DNA from: Octopus vulgaris
Taxonomy: Eukaryota
NCBI GenBank assembly: GCA_951406725.2
Contig: OX597826.1
Location: 30,690,001 to 30,754,000 of the forward strand
Length of the DNA stretch: 64,000 nt
Direction of reading: 5' to 3'
The stretch's first letter is position 1. Each line of letters starts with the position of its first letter. Both the position numbers and the translations under genes were made by a program. This document shows positions 1-13,388 of this stretch, piece after piece. Below the pieces are notes generated by a model. It made no database searches, was not told the origin of the DNA, and saw only the letters and a program-made list of their open reading frames with translations.

Positions 1-450
1 ACTCATGCATAGTTTGAGATGTATCCGCTTCCACTACAGTTTCCGGTTCATCATTATCCACCTTGGTTTCAGGTCTACCACAGGGCTGATTTTCAAGAGT
101 AAAGTCACCAGACCAGAACTTCTCAAACCATCAACATACATCTTCACCAAATGCCACATCTTCACCAAACACCTCATTGATGTTTGGAGCTGTCTGAGAT
201 GCATTGGTTCCACTATGGAACTCATATTCATAAACAACACAAATTTTTTATCTATCCATGGGAACACAGAAATTCATTTACAAGAGAAAACCCACAATAT
301 AATCAAACACCATGAACTGCATTTCAAAAAGTGATTATGTAAGTCTTCAATGTTTTAAAACAAAGAATTGTCAGGATAAAACATTAGAGTTAATGACTGT
401 CAAGCTTGGTGCATAAGAAAATCGGACATTGCATTCTTAATGACTTCATA
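1..450 (-). mobile_element. Degenerate mariner (Tc1/mariner) transposon, 5' part
   Basis: Minus strand gives frameshifted mariner N-terminal HTH-like peptides (YEYEFHSGTNASQTA..NINEVFGEDVA; RWFEKF.SGDFTLENQP.GRPETKVDNDE). Truncated by the window edge. Confidence 0.7.
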
Positions 451-1372
451 CTATACACACACACACACACACACAAGCTCCGTATAACACCTACCAAATT
501 TCACTTACAAGGCATTGATCTACCAGAGGGCCATGAAGCGGAAGCAAACCCAAAGCCACACAGTTACATAACAAACATGTTAACCACACAGCCACGCCTG
601 TATCAGAGCTGAATCCTTAAAGAGACAAGCCAATCGTGGGGAGGGTCACGTCATGATTATTTGATTTGCTAGAAACAGTAACTTGTAAATTTCACTCAAA
701 CCCACATCCCTATGATCTTTCAACAAAAGTAAGGAATCAGGTTAACAGAAATCAGTTATTAATGAAAAGCTGCGATGGTCACATGTGGAAAGCCTTCAAT
801 GTTAAGTTTAGTCAATCAGAGCTGACCTGGTTGGCTAAACAGCACAACGAAGAAACAGATGATTTATGATGCAGTGTCCACTTTGCTCCAATCTGGGTTG
901 AAATTCTGCTTGGAGGTAACTTTACCTTTCATACATAAAAGTTTAATAAAATGAAATCAATGTCATGTACTCAGATCAATCACATTATAAACCCTTGCTT
1001 CGAACAGTTCTGGCTTTGTGCCAAGTGGAAAAAAAAAAGTAAAAGAAAAAATCTATATTTATTTAAATTGAATTTGGCTGATAATCTTCAGAAGTGTGTG
1101 AGATGAACTTCACTGGCCCTGTTAGGTCATCAGAGCACTGACCAGTTGGTCTTCGCATCATTCATACAATATAAGATTTCACACACATACATACACCACC
1201 ACAACCACCAACACTACCCCCACCACCACCACCACCACAACCACCACCACCATCATCATCATCATCATTAGTACAATTCTACAAGTTTTTATATTGCTTC
1301 TTTTAATGCAAACAATGTCACTTCTGCAGCATTATATTTTGTAAATCTATAAATATGAAAGTTCTCTTTATT

Positions 1373-1404
<32 letters not shown>

Positions 1405-1611
1405 ACACACACCCTTTCTGTTTTGCCTTTTTACTTGTTTCAGTCATTAGGCTATGGCCATGCTGGGGCACGGCCTTGAATGGCTTAGTCAAACAAATCG
1501 ACCCCAAGACTTCTGCTCACTTTCTTGCTGTACTGCTTAGTTACAGGGACATTAATAAACCAACACTGATTATGAAGTGGGGGAGATAAATACACATGCA
1601 CGCAAACACAG

Positions 1612-1648
<37 letters not shown>

Positions 1649-1733
1649 ATAAAAAAAAACAAAGGAAGAGCATAACGTAAGGACATGGTACATGCAAAGA
1701 TTTAGCAGATGCACAGGAAAGGAAAGAAAGTTA

Positions 1734-1770
1734 GTTTTACATTTTGAGCAAAGCTCTTCTTCAGGAAACA
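1734..1770 (-). ncRNA. Decayed minimal hammerhead ribozyme motif in a Penelope pLTR-like remnant
   Basis: Minus strand reads GTTTC-CTGAAGA-A-GAGC-TTT-GCTC-AAAA-TG-TA-AAAC. Same layout as the pLTR motif at 23117, with CGAAACG changed to CAAAATG (CpG-type decay). Confidence 0.55.
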
Positions 1771-2147
1771 GGAGACAGAGGAAAGTTCAAGAGAAAAGGA
1801 AGACAGAGGGAAAAAATTGCCAACGATCCACATGTAGTTACATTTATATATATATGATGGGCTTTCAGAATCCATCTACCAAATCTGCTCAGAAACTTAA
1901 CCAAGGTGGAATCATGCAGTTGGGAAGCAGATTTCTTACCACGCAGCCATGCCAGCACCTATATGTGTGTGTATGTGTGTGTGGCTGTCTGGTAAGAAGC
2001 TTGCTCCCCAACCACATGGTTCTGGGTTCAGTCCAACTGCATGGCACCTACAGCAAGTGCCTTCTACTATAGCTTCAGAATGACCAAAGCTTTGTCAGTG
2101 GATTTGGTAGACAGAAACTGAAAGAAGCCCATTGTATATATATATAA

Positions 2148-2185
<38 letters not shown>

Positions 2186-2648
2186 GGTAACGGCACATGG
2201 TTCAGTGGTTAGAGCATCAGGTTCACAATCATGAAGCAGTGAGTTTGATTCCCAGACCAGGCCGTTACCCCAATTCACTCAGCTGTAGAAATGAGTTGGG
2301 ACATCACTGGTACCAAGCTATATCAGCCTTTGCATTTCCCTTGGACAACATCAGTGGTGTGGAGAGGGAAGGATGGTATGCATGGGCAACTGCTGGTCTT
2401 CCATAAACAACCTTGTCCGAACATGTGCCTCAAAAGGGGAACTTTCTAGGTGCAATCTCATGATCATACATGACCGAAGGGGATCTTTACTCTGTGTGTG
2501 TGTCTATATGCATGTATGTATGTATATGTGTGTGTCTTTGTTTGTACCCCCCACCACGACTTCACAACCAATGGTGGTGTATTTGTGACCCCGTAACATA
2601 ATGGTTCAGCAAAAGAGGCTTAAAAAAAGCCCTGGGATCAATTTGTTC

Positions 2649-4789
2649 AAATTCCTGTAGTACTGTAGTAGAACCTAGCAATGAGTATATGGAAAGGAGA
2701 TCCACTCTGAACCACAGCCTGTAGAATACTGCCTCAACAAGTCTCGTCCAACCCATGCCAGCATGGAGAAAGAATAGAAGCAAATGTAATAACAGCAGTG
2801 GTGATGTCAGTGGCTGTAGTGATATTCTGTTTCAATGTGCAAGATTCAGAAGAATATGGTGGTAGAATGATGATGGTTAAGGTGCCTGGATGACATAGTG
2901 TGTAAACTAAAACTTTGGAAAGAAAGAAAATGGTAAATATATAAATAAATAAAAGTCAAGACCAGGCAGTGCTCCAGCATGGCCATAGTGAAATGACTGA
3001 AACAAGTCAAATATGTGTGTGTGTGTGCATGTGTGATGTGTGTGTGTGAATTTTTCAGTTTACATCCATTTTTCTATGCTAGCATCAGTTAGATGTATAT
3101 ATTACTGAGACGTTGTTTTACTGCTGGAGTCAATTACTTTTTAAACTCCTCTATTACAGGCTTAGAGAACTATACACTACACTGGAACAAAGACTGACAA
3201 CTGAGCCCTGGTGGACAATTTCCTGTATGCCAAATTTCCTGCTAATTCTCAAATCACTGACAACATCTCTGTCCATGAATTACATAGCTTTTGCAAGCCA
3301 TTGATACACACCAAGGTTTCTCAGTAACCACTACTCTACAGTGCATGATGAAGGCCTCTGATAAATTCTAGGTAGAGTGACTTATTTTCAATTAACAACT
3401 TTTGTAGTAAAGTGAGATCACAGTCGTAGCCTATACCAGTGTCGCATAACCAGTCCATTTAAAAAGTACCTTTGAATTGTCGGGCAACACGTCGTGCTTG
3501 AGGGGACCTATTGAGTCAAGCAAAATCAAAACTCAAAAATGGAAATTGTAGTTGTGGCCATTGCCAGAGCCATCTGACTGGTTCCCCATGCCGGTGACAC
3601 ATAAAAAGTACCATCCAAATGTGGTCGATGCCACCCCCCACCTCCCCACCCCACCCTGACTGGCTCCTGTGCCAGCAGCATGTAAAAAGCACCATCCGAA
3701 TGTGGCCAATTCCAGTGCCACCTGACTGGCTCTCCATGCTGGTGGCATGTAAAAAGCACTCTTGGAGTGGTTGGCATTAGGAAGGACATCCAGCTGTGGA
3801 AATATTGCCAGATCAGATTGCAGCCTGGTGCGACCTCTTGGCTTGCCAGTCCCCAGTCAAACCATCCAACCCATGCCAGCATGGAAAACAGACGTAGGAT
3901 GATGATGATGATGATGTAGTTATCTCCCTGGGAAGAGGGTACTGATGGTAGTCCTGCCATAAACCCAAACAACATCACATCTAAGCTAATTCTTTTCTTG
4001 GTAATTTGTGCTATGAAAGAACTATTTCCTGCTACTTTCTTCACCTGGTCCATAATGTGTAATAAATATGGCAAACACATCATAATACATTCAACCTTTA
4101 GAAGCAAACCTCACCAAAATGGAACTTAAAATGTCAGCCAGATATTGAAAAACAAAACACAAATAAAGAGTCTTGACTTTTAAACTCCATTCTTTTGAAA
4201 TCAAAATTTTATTTTTAAAAAATTAAGAACAAAAAAGGACCAGGAATTTAAACAAACAAAACATAAGAAAAAAATAATCTTGTTTAAAAAACACGAAGAA
4301 AAACCAAATACACAAAAGACAGGAATTTTTTTTTAATCACAGAACACTAGAATGATCTCATGTTCAAAGAATTTTAAGGATTTCTTTCACAAATGTTTCA
4401 AGTCAGCATTTCTTCTTTCTTGCTTTCTTCTTTTTTTTCAAATATTACATTTAAAATTTCATCTCCTACAGACTGGTCTTGACTTTTATTTATTTATATA
4501 TTTACCGTTTTCTTTCTTTCCAAAGTTTTAGTTTACAAAACTATGTCGTCCAGGCACCTTAACCATCATCATTCTACCACCATATTCTTCCGAATCTTGC
4601 ACATTGAAACAGAATATCACTGCAGCCACTGACATCACCATTGCTGTTATTACATTTGCTTCTATTCTTTCTCCATGCTGGCATGGGCTGGATGAGACTT
4701 GTTGAGGCAGTATTCTACAGGCTGTTGTTCAGAGTGGATCTCCTTTCCATATACTCATTACTAGGTTCTACTACAGTACTACAGGAATT
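2649..4789. repeat. Inverted duplication with ~315-bp arms (2649-2964 and 4473-4789)
   Basis: aattcctgtagtactgtagtagaacctag...aaaagtcaagaccag is matched nearly base for base by its reverse complement at 4473-4789. Confidence 0.9.
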
Positions 4790-5949
4790 TTCAAAGTCAG
4801 CACAAACACATCCATGAAGCATGGTTGTGTGGATAAGAAGCTCGCTTTACAACCATGTGGCTTCAGGTTCAGTTCCACTATGTGGCACCTTGTGCAAGTG
4901 TCACTACTATAACCACAGAACAACCAATGCCATGAGAGCAAATTTGGTAGATGGAAACCATGTAGAATCTAGCCAGTCATCATCATTTCGCCTTTGTGCT
5001 TCGTGTTTGTCAATCCCGCCTCTGCCACTTGACAACCAATGTTGGTTTGTTTACATCCCCATAACTTAGCAGTTTGGCAAAAGAGCCCAATAGAATAAAT
5101 CATCGTTTCAGGTTTATTGCCCACAGGGGGCTAAACATAGAAGGGACAAACAAGGACAAACAAAGAGATTAAGTCAGTTACATCGACCCCAGTGCATAAT
5201 CAGTACTTATTTAATCAACCCCGAAATGATGAAAGGCAAAGTTGACCTCAGCAGAATTTGAACTCAGAACGTAATGGTAGTCGAAATACCACTAAGCATT
5301 TCACCAGGCATGCTAACGTTTCTGCCAGCTCACTGCCCTCCAATAGAATAAATACCAGACTTAAAAAGACATAGGTGCAACTAAAATCTTTCAAGATAGT
5401 GCCCCAACATGGCCACAGTCCAAGAAACCTCAAAAAATGAAAGACAAATTGATCTTGGCAAGATTTGAACTCAGAATGTAAAGGCCAGAACAGACACCAC
5501 TGAACAATTTTTCTGACACTCCAATGATTCTCCCTACTTACTGCCATAACATTTGGTTTCAAATTTTAGCACAAGGCCAGCAATTTCAGGGGACCAGGTA
5601 AGTCGATTACATTGACCTCAGTATGTAACTGGTAATTATTTTATCAACTCTGAAAGGACAAAAGGTAAAGACAGCCCCAGCAGAATTTGAACTCAGAACA
5701 TAAAAACGGACAAAATACCTCTAAGCATTTTGCCTGGTGTGCTAACAGTTCTGCCAACTCGCCACCTTAGTAATAAAACTAATCTTTTCAACTATAAGCA
5801 CAAGGCCTGCAACTTTGAGGGAGGGGACTAGTCGATTACATTGACCCCAGAGCTTGTAGTGCCGCTAAGCTTTTTGCACAACATACTAATGATCCTGCCA
5901 GCTTACTACTGCAGCTGATAATAACAACAACAACAACAATAATAAGAAC

Positions 5950-5998
<49 letters not shown>

Positions 5999-6000
<2 letters not shown>

Positions 6001-6514
6001 GATGGTATAGGCACACACCAGAAAAGGTCACAGAAAACGAGAAAGCAACCATACTCTGGGATATGCCGATACACACAGATAGAGAAATTAAGGCCAACAG
6101 ACCAGATATAGTTGTCAGAGATCATGAAGAAAAAAAATGCTTTCTAATTGATGTATCAATACCGGCAGATGACAACGTGTCTCTAAAAGAAATGGAGAAA
6201 CTCTCAAAATACAAAGACCTGGAAATAGAGGTAACTAGAATGTGGAATCTGAAAACAGAAACAATTCCTATCATAGTAGGTGCATTAGGCATGATAAAAG
6301 AATATTCAGACAAATACATAACAAAAACACCAGGACTTACAAACACATATAACATACAGAAAATTGCACTACTAGGCCCTGCACACATCCTACGCAGAAC
6401 ACTTTCCATACAATAACCATCAGAGCATCACAACAAATCACAGCACATACCCAAGGCACACAGAGCTGCGCTCGGTAGTGAAGTGAAAGCACGCTATAAA
6501 AATAAAACTACTGA
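5999..6514 (+). mobile_element. 5'-truncated non-LTR retrotransposon with restriction-like endonuclease (Dong/R4-like) in an (AAT)n tract
   Basis: ORF 6063-6416 (WDMPIHTDREIKANRPDIVV...LIDVSIP...KLSKYKDL...PIIVGALG) carries the PD..D REL motif. (AAT)n lies on both sides. Confidence 0.8.
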
Positions 6515-6889
6515 ATAATAATAATAATAATAACAGGAGCACTCAGAGAGCACAAACCTCAGCCAAGGCAACACCAACGTCCTCTCAATGATTAGCCAGA
6601 GATGATTTTTGAAATGAGAAAATCTGAAATAAATTTGATTGCTCTCACAAACGAGAATACTAGAAATGAACCTGGCTGCTCTCAAAAAATCAGTGAAAAA
6701 AAAGGGAAAATAATCCAGAATCTTTGTCCGGTACTGGATCGATCCCAAAATCTAATCAGTTTGTGCTAGTTATGAGGCCAAACATTTCTGAAAGTTTCAT
6801 CTGAATCCATCCAGCGGTTCTTGAGCTATCTTGTCCACAGACAAAAAAACAAGCAAACAAACATGACTGAAAACAATACCTCTGCCTTC

Positions 6890-6945
<56 letters not shown>

Positions 6946-7884
6946 TAATAATAATAATAATAATAATGATGATGATGATAATAATAATGATAATAATAAC
7001 AACAACAACAATCCTTTCTACTGAAGGCACTTGACCTGAAATGTTGGGGGAGAAGGTAAGTCGATTACATTGATGCCAGTACTTAACTGGTATTTAATTT
7101 AACAACCCTGAAAAATGAAGAAAGCAAAGCCGACTTTAGCAGGATTTGAACTCAGAATATACTGGGGCAGGACAAATACCACAAATCATTTTTTTGCTAT
7201 TCTCAAACAACTTTGCCAATCCATTACCATCATAATGATAATAATTAAACTGTTACCTGTTGTATGACAGGTAAAAATCAGAAGTGAATACTTTTGCTGT
7301 TATGGGTAATATCAGGAAATACAGAATGCATACAAAGAATTATAATTCGACTTTTATCAATTTTTCATTGTGTTTAGACAAAATGATGAAGTGAATACTA
7401 ATTTTCAAAACAAAAATATTTATTACTCCAACATAAAATTTAATGAAACAAATTTCTCATTTGTGTTACTCTTCCCATAACCCCGCCTCTCTCTCTCCCT
7501 TTCTCTACAATGTAAAGCCTGACTGGAGAAATCAACCAACCAACCAACATTTAAATTGAATATTATTACATAGAGATGATGATGATGATGATGATAATAA
7601 TAGCAACAACAATAATAATAATAATCATTTCTTCTAAAGGCACAAGGCTTGAAATTTTGGGGGAGGGAACTAGTCGATTACATCAATCATCCCCTACCCA
7701 GTGTTTCACTGGTACTTAATCTATTGATCCCGAAAGGGTGAAAGACAAAGCCGACCTCAGTGGAATTTGAACTCAGAACACAAAGACAGATGGAATGCAG
7801 CTAAGTATTTTGCCCAGTGTGCTAACAATTTTGCCAGTTCCTACCTTAACAATAATAATAATAAAATTAATAATAATAATAATA

Positions 7885-8595
7885 CCAACTCAGAGAAAAG
7901 GGATATATACCATACAAGTGTATCGGACCCCTGCAGAATGTGTGGGAAAAGGGTTGAAAGTGTGACTCACATCATTAGTGCTTGTGAAAGTCCTGTGCAG
8001 AAAGAGTACAAGCGTAGACACAACAAAGTAGCCCAAAACCTCCATTGGCTACTAGAATATGAGGTTGCAGGTGCTTGGTACGAACATACACCAGTAAAGG
8101 TAATGGACGAAAAGGGGAAGGCAAAAATTCACTGGGATTTTGATTTCCAGACAGACAAAGTGCTAGAGCACCAAAGGCTGGATATGGTAACGTTTAGGAG
8201 GGACAAACAAGGGTGCCTAATAATCAACGTAGCAGTGCCAAGAGATCAACATATCATCATGAAAGAAAAAGAAAAAGTTGATAAATATTGAGACCTGAGA
8301 ATTGAGATCGCTAAGATATGACAGCTAAGAGAGTTGAACATAAAGTTTATCCCTAGTTTCATCGGAGCATTGGGTTCCATAACACCCAATCTGAAAAAAA
8401 CATCTGAAAACCTTAGAGATACCCTAGATTCTAGATATATTGCAAAAATCGGCTTTACTTGGAACTGCACGCATATTGCATAATGTACTGTCTGTCTGAG
8501 TTCCTTGTTCTGACTTGACAAACAGTACAAATCCCCGGTAGGCACAATATCTTCAATCAACAACCTCACGATATTGTATACTGTGCGACGTCTAT
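7885..8595 (+). mobile_element. Degenerate Dong/R4-like LINE 3' fragment (CCHC finger + REL endonuclease)
   Basis: CRMCGKRVESVTHIISAC zinc knuckle, YKRRHNKVA and WDFDFQTDK motifs, stops further downstream, flanked by (AAT)n. Confidence 0.8.
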
Positions 8596-8601
8596 AATAA
8601 C

Positions 8602-8634
<33 letters not shown>

Positions 8635-8727
8635 TTAGAACTTTATCTGATTTGCTGCACAGAATTCCAAATCAAGGAACATAAAAAGACTAAAATAAAG
8701 AAAAGAAATCTAAAGAATACAGCTTAC

Positions 8728-8947
8728 CTTGCGACACTGTTTTCAAGACAATCAGAGCACACAATAGACGAACATGGCAATCAGAACTCTTGAAGAACAA
8801 ACCTTCTTTGTTAGTATTTGGCAGAGGTGGGAGTGCATCCTTCTGTTCAATCAAAATATCCTCTTCTGTAATTCTTGCAGTAGTGGAAGCTCTGGAATGG
8901 TACAGCTCTTCTCCAAGACGTCTCAAAGTTGAACTGAGTCCACTTTT
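8728..8947 (-). CDS. CCDC138: CCDC138-like coding exon 10 (phase 0 to 1): KSGLSSTLRRLGEE...FFKSSDCHVRLLCALIVLKTVSQ
   Basis: tttcag acceptor and gtaagc donor, 220 nt. STLRRLGE, FFKSS and LIVLKTVxQ match the CCDC138 C-terminal domain as I recall it. Confidence 0.9.
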
Positions 8948-9579
8948 CTGAAACAAGAAAGAAATTCGGTGAGGAACAAGAGAATGTTAATGGAGAAGAA
9001 GATCACTATTGAATACCATCTTATGCCTTTAGCATTTGAACTGACCATGTCTGGTCCAAATCTGGTCCAAATATTCAAACCAGCCAGGTCTGGCCTCTTA
9101 CACCAACCCTACAATGTCATTGTAAAAATAAACAATATCACAGCATTAGACTGTGGCCATTCTGGGGCACCACCTTGAAGAATTTCAGTTCAACAAATCA
9201 ACCCCACTACATTTTTTTTTTCAACCTGGTATTTATTATATTGGTTTCCTTTGCTGACCTGTTAAGTTACAAGGATGTAAACACACCAACACCAGATGTC
9301 AAGTGGTGATAGGGTACAAAAACAGTGACAAAGACACACCCACACATATATGATGGGCTTCTTTCAGTTTCCATCAACCAAATCCACTCCCAAGTGGTTG
9401 CCCTGAGGCCAAAGTAAAAGATAACTGCCAAATGTGTCATGCAGTGGGACTGAACCCAGAACCATGTGGTTGGGAAGCAAATTTCTTACCATACAGCCAC
9501 ACCTGCACCTATATACACAACATTGAAAAATATTGGCCTCAATGTTAAATCAAATCAATATTCAATGAATAACACTTAC

Positions 9580-9702
9580 TGATTGGTTGTGACTGTCTTC
9601 AAGATTTTTGATGGCCCAGTAAACAAACTGGAGACAGGGTAAGGAAACTGACCCCGAAAAGGAAGGATATTCACGAAGGAACTCAACAAGGGCAGGAATC
9701 AC
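9580..9702 (-). CDS. CCDC138: CCDC138-like coding exon 9: VIPALVEFLREYPSFSGSVSLPCLQFVYWAIKNLEDSHNQS
   Basis: tttcag / gtaagt boundaries, 123 nt, phase 0-0. Resembles CCDC138 PFVKFIYWSLRQL. Confidence 0.9.
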
Positions 9703-9959
9703 CTGAAACCAATAATAATAATGATGATGATAATAATAATAATAATAATAATAATAATTTTCATTTAAGACCAGCAATTACATTGACCCCTCCACCCAAT
9801 GCTCAATTGGTACTTATTTTACTGACCCCCCCAAATGGATGAAAAGCAAAGTCAATTTTGGATGAAATACCACTAAGGATTTCAACCGTCAAGCTAACAG
9901 TTCTGCCAGCTCACAGCTTTAAATAACACACACACAATAATAATAATAATAATAATAAT

Positions 9960-10250
9960 AACTTAAAACTCTATGGCAAAGATGATAATGAGCTTGAAGG
10001 ACTACTATGTACTGTGAAAGCATTCAGTGATGATATTGGGATTGAATTTGGTCTTGAAAAATGTACCAAGGCCACATTCCAGAAAGGGAAACTGAAGCCC
10101 TCACATTCAGTGGTGTTGGATGTTGACACAGTCATAAAAGAACTCAAGCAAGAACAAGTTTACAAACACTTTGGAATAAATGCGGGTTCTGGCATTCAGT
10201 ATGCAAGTATGAAAGATAAGATCAGGAAGGAGAGAGATCAAGCAGTCCTA
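9960..10250 (+). mobile_element. LINE reverse-transcriptase fragment (Dong/R4-like)
   Basis: LKLYGKDDNELEGLL.TVKAFSDDIGIEFGLEKC is typical of the post-YxDD region of R4/Dong RTs. Preceded by (AAT)n. Confidence 0.7.
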
Positions 10251-11296
10251 AAACATCTATTACATAAGTCTATTACATCAACACCAGTACGTAACTGGTA
10301 CTAATTTTATTGAACCCCTCTTCAAAGGATGAGAAGTAAAAATATTAAATAGAAATAATAAAGAATATAATCCAATGAGGACCAATTCCATGAACTGTGA
10401 GCGGAAACCTGCTTCAAGTAATTATATCAACTACTACTATTACTACTACTACTACTACTACTATTACTACTACTACTACTAGTAGTATTACTACTACTAC
10501 TATTACTACTACTACTACAACTACTACTATTACTACTACTACTACTGCTACTCCTTGTTCATGGTCAGTGACTTAAGTGGCCTCTCACTGGGTTTCACTG
10601 GGTTTGCTCAGTGAGGAGAGAGTGTGGGCACCCAGCAGGATTAGAAAGAGAAGAAAAGCTAAGTCAACTTTAGGCTGCTGTAGAAAAGACTTATTTGTAA
10701 CTCTGTGCTTGAGAATTGAACCATGAACCATGTGGTTGTGAAGCAAGCTGCTTGACCACACAGTCATGCCTACACCTAGCTATATATATATTCATGTGTA
10801 TATTTATATACATATAGGTGAGGCATGGCTGTGTGGTAAGAAGCTTGCTTCCCAACCACATGGTTCTTGGTTCAGTCTCACTGTGTGACACCTCGGACTA
10901 GTGTCTTCTTCTATAGCTTCAGGCTGACCAAAGCCGTGTAAGTGGATTTGGTAGATGGAAACTGAAAGAAGCCCGTTGTATATATATATATATATATAGG
11001 CTTGAAAGTTACTTGGTGACCCTGCCAGTGCTGATGCCACATAAAAAACATCCCCTCCACATTGTAAAGTGGTTGGCATTTGGAAGGGCATCCAGCTGTA
11101 AAGATCATGCTAAAATTGACCTCATTTGACCTTGTGCCACATAAAAAGCACTAAGTCTACTCGGCCAGGTGGCTGGTGTTAGGAAGGGTATCCAACCATA
11201 AAATCTGTACCAAAACAGACACAGTAGTCTGGTGCAGGCTCCTGTCAAACCGTCCAACTCATGCCAGCATGGAAGGCAGTCATGAAATGATGATGA

Positions 11297-11339
<43 letters not shown>

Positions 11340-11394
11340 TATATACACACACACACACGCATATATCATCAACATCATCATCATCAATTTGCAT

Positions 11395-11720
11395 GACACC
11401 AGTATCTGGCATGATTGCGATTTTGCTTGGCTTCATGGGTCTTCTTCTCAAGCACGACTTAATGCCAAAGGTCTCAGTCATTGCCTCTGTGAGGCTTAAA
11501 GTTTGAAGATCACACCTCACCACTTCATTCCATGTCTTCCTGGATCTTCTTCTACCACAGTTCCCTCCACACTTAGAGATCGGCACTTCTTTACAGAGGT
11601 GCCCTTGTCATTTGCATCACATGACCATACCAGCACAGTCATCTCTCTTGCACACCACATCTGATACCTCTTATGCCTCACTTTTCTCACATGATGCTTA
11701 CACTCTGTCGAACATGCACA
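11395..11720 (-). mobile_element. RTE-clade LINE 3' fragment, degenerate
   Basis: Peptides SVKKCRSLSVEG and RKTWNEVVRCDLQTL, homologous to the copy at 28780-29163. Confidence 0.7.
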
Positions 11721-11745
11721 GTCAAAATTCAAATGTGTGTGTATG

Positions 11746-11793
<48 letters not shown>

Positions 11794-12479
11794 GTAAATG
11801 TAAATGTGTGTATGTGTATATATAAACATAACATCGTCATCATTATTTAACGTCTGTTTTCTATGCTGGCATGGGTTGGACAGTTTGACTGAAAACTGGT
11901 AAGCTGGGGAACTGCACCAGGTTCCAGTCAGATTTGGCAAGGTTTCTACAGCTGGATACTCTCCCTAACACCAACCACTCAAAGAGTGTAGAGTGTTTTT
12001 TACATGCCACCAGTATGGGTGTCATTGACCTGATACTAGCATCAGCCATGACTACGACCTCACTTGGCTTGACAGGTTTACACTAGCACAGCATATCGCC
12101 AAAGGTCTCGGTCACCTGTCACGGCCCCCATGAGGCCCAACATTTGAAGGGTGCATTTTATGTGTGCCAGTCAGACAGCATATCACATTGTCATTATATT
12201 GATCAAGTGATATATGTGTGTGTGTGTGTGTTAAATAAAATGAGACAACAAAACCAATTTATAGGAATTTATAGGACATTTATAAAGAGAACAGTAGACT
12301 TCTGGTACAATAGGGATATCCCTTAAACAGAGACGATATGAGAGAAATAAAGGGAAATAGTAGAGTTCAATATAAAGAGTTATTATGGAAAAAGATAGAC
12401 ATTAGAAATATAATGGGTCCTCTCGTAGCACTTACAGAGTCTTACCTGCCATCTTGGGTCTTCTGGATACCAATACCTG

Positions 12480-12517
<38 letters not shown>

Positions 12518-12699
12518 TAAGTAATTAAGGAGGGTTTAGCAACGAATTGGTACCTCACCAACACACCGAATTTAGAAATAGCAGTCAAAGAGATATAGCT
12601 ATTCCTTCTACTAAAAGGGGGATCTCAGTAAAAGGCAAACACAGACAGGTAAGAAAGAAAGAATGAAATGACGGCAATCCATCATGCAATTTTAAGTTA

Positions 12700-12792
12700 C
12701 CTACGGACGTACGTTTCGAGATCAAGTTTTAGGATATCATAAGAATTAGAAAATTCTACTTTACCCAGACTTCTTCTCTCATCGAGCGCAGG
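12700..12792 (-). ncRNA. Type I hammerhead ribozyme motif, copy 1 (1-nt insertion in core)
   Basis: CCTGCG-CTCGATGA-GAGA...TCTC-GAAA-CGTACG-TC-CGTAGG. Stem I is CCTGCG/CGTAGG; stem III is the palindrome ACGTACGT. Confidence 0.7.
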
Positions 12793-13296
12793 ATACTACA
12801 ATTGTGAATAATTGTATATTAAATTTTGAGATACTAGAATGCGTCATCTCAACTCAGTGTCAGAGTGAGCCAAAAGCATGACCAGTACCACGAAATTCAA
12901 AGTTTGAATGAAAGTTTGTGTCACCAGCCCCCTTCCACCCGCGTGTAGCCAAGACAAAATGCTGTGGTCATTTACTGGGATAAAATATGGTTATCAGTAA
13001 TAATAAAAAGGGTGAAATTAATTAATTAGGGGGATAATTATCAATTACACCAAGTAGATTTCGGTATGTAAAAGCCCCATTCGAGGAAAATTTAAGTAAT
13101 ACTAAGTAATTAAGGGTTTAGCAACGAATTGCCTCACCAACACACCGAATTTAGAAATAGCAGTCAAAGAGAAATATAGCTATTCCTTCTACTAAAAAGG
13201 GGGATCTCAGTAAAAACACAGCACTTAAAAGGCAAACACAGACAGGTAAGAAAGAAAGAATAAAATGACAGCAATCCATCATGCAATTTTAAGTTA

Positions 13297-13388
13297 CCTA
13301 CGGATGTACGTTTCGAGATCAAGTTTTAGGATATCATAAGAATTAGAAAATTCTACTTTACCCAGACTTCTTCTCTCATCGGCGCAGG
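13297..13388 (-). ncRNA. Type I hammerhead ribozyme motif, copy 2
   Basis: CCTGCG-CCGATGA-GAGA..long hairpin..TCTC-GAAA-CGTACA-TC-CGTAGG. U4C core variant. Confidence 0.75.

Noticed and set aside
3526-4107. 193-aa minus-strand ORF as a further CCDC138 exon
   Set aside because: No resemblance to the expected next CCDC138 segment. Joining the phase-1 donor at 8728 to the acceptor at 4095 gives GGT-TGA, an immediate stop, and the distal part of the ORF is an RTE 3'UTR repeat.
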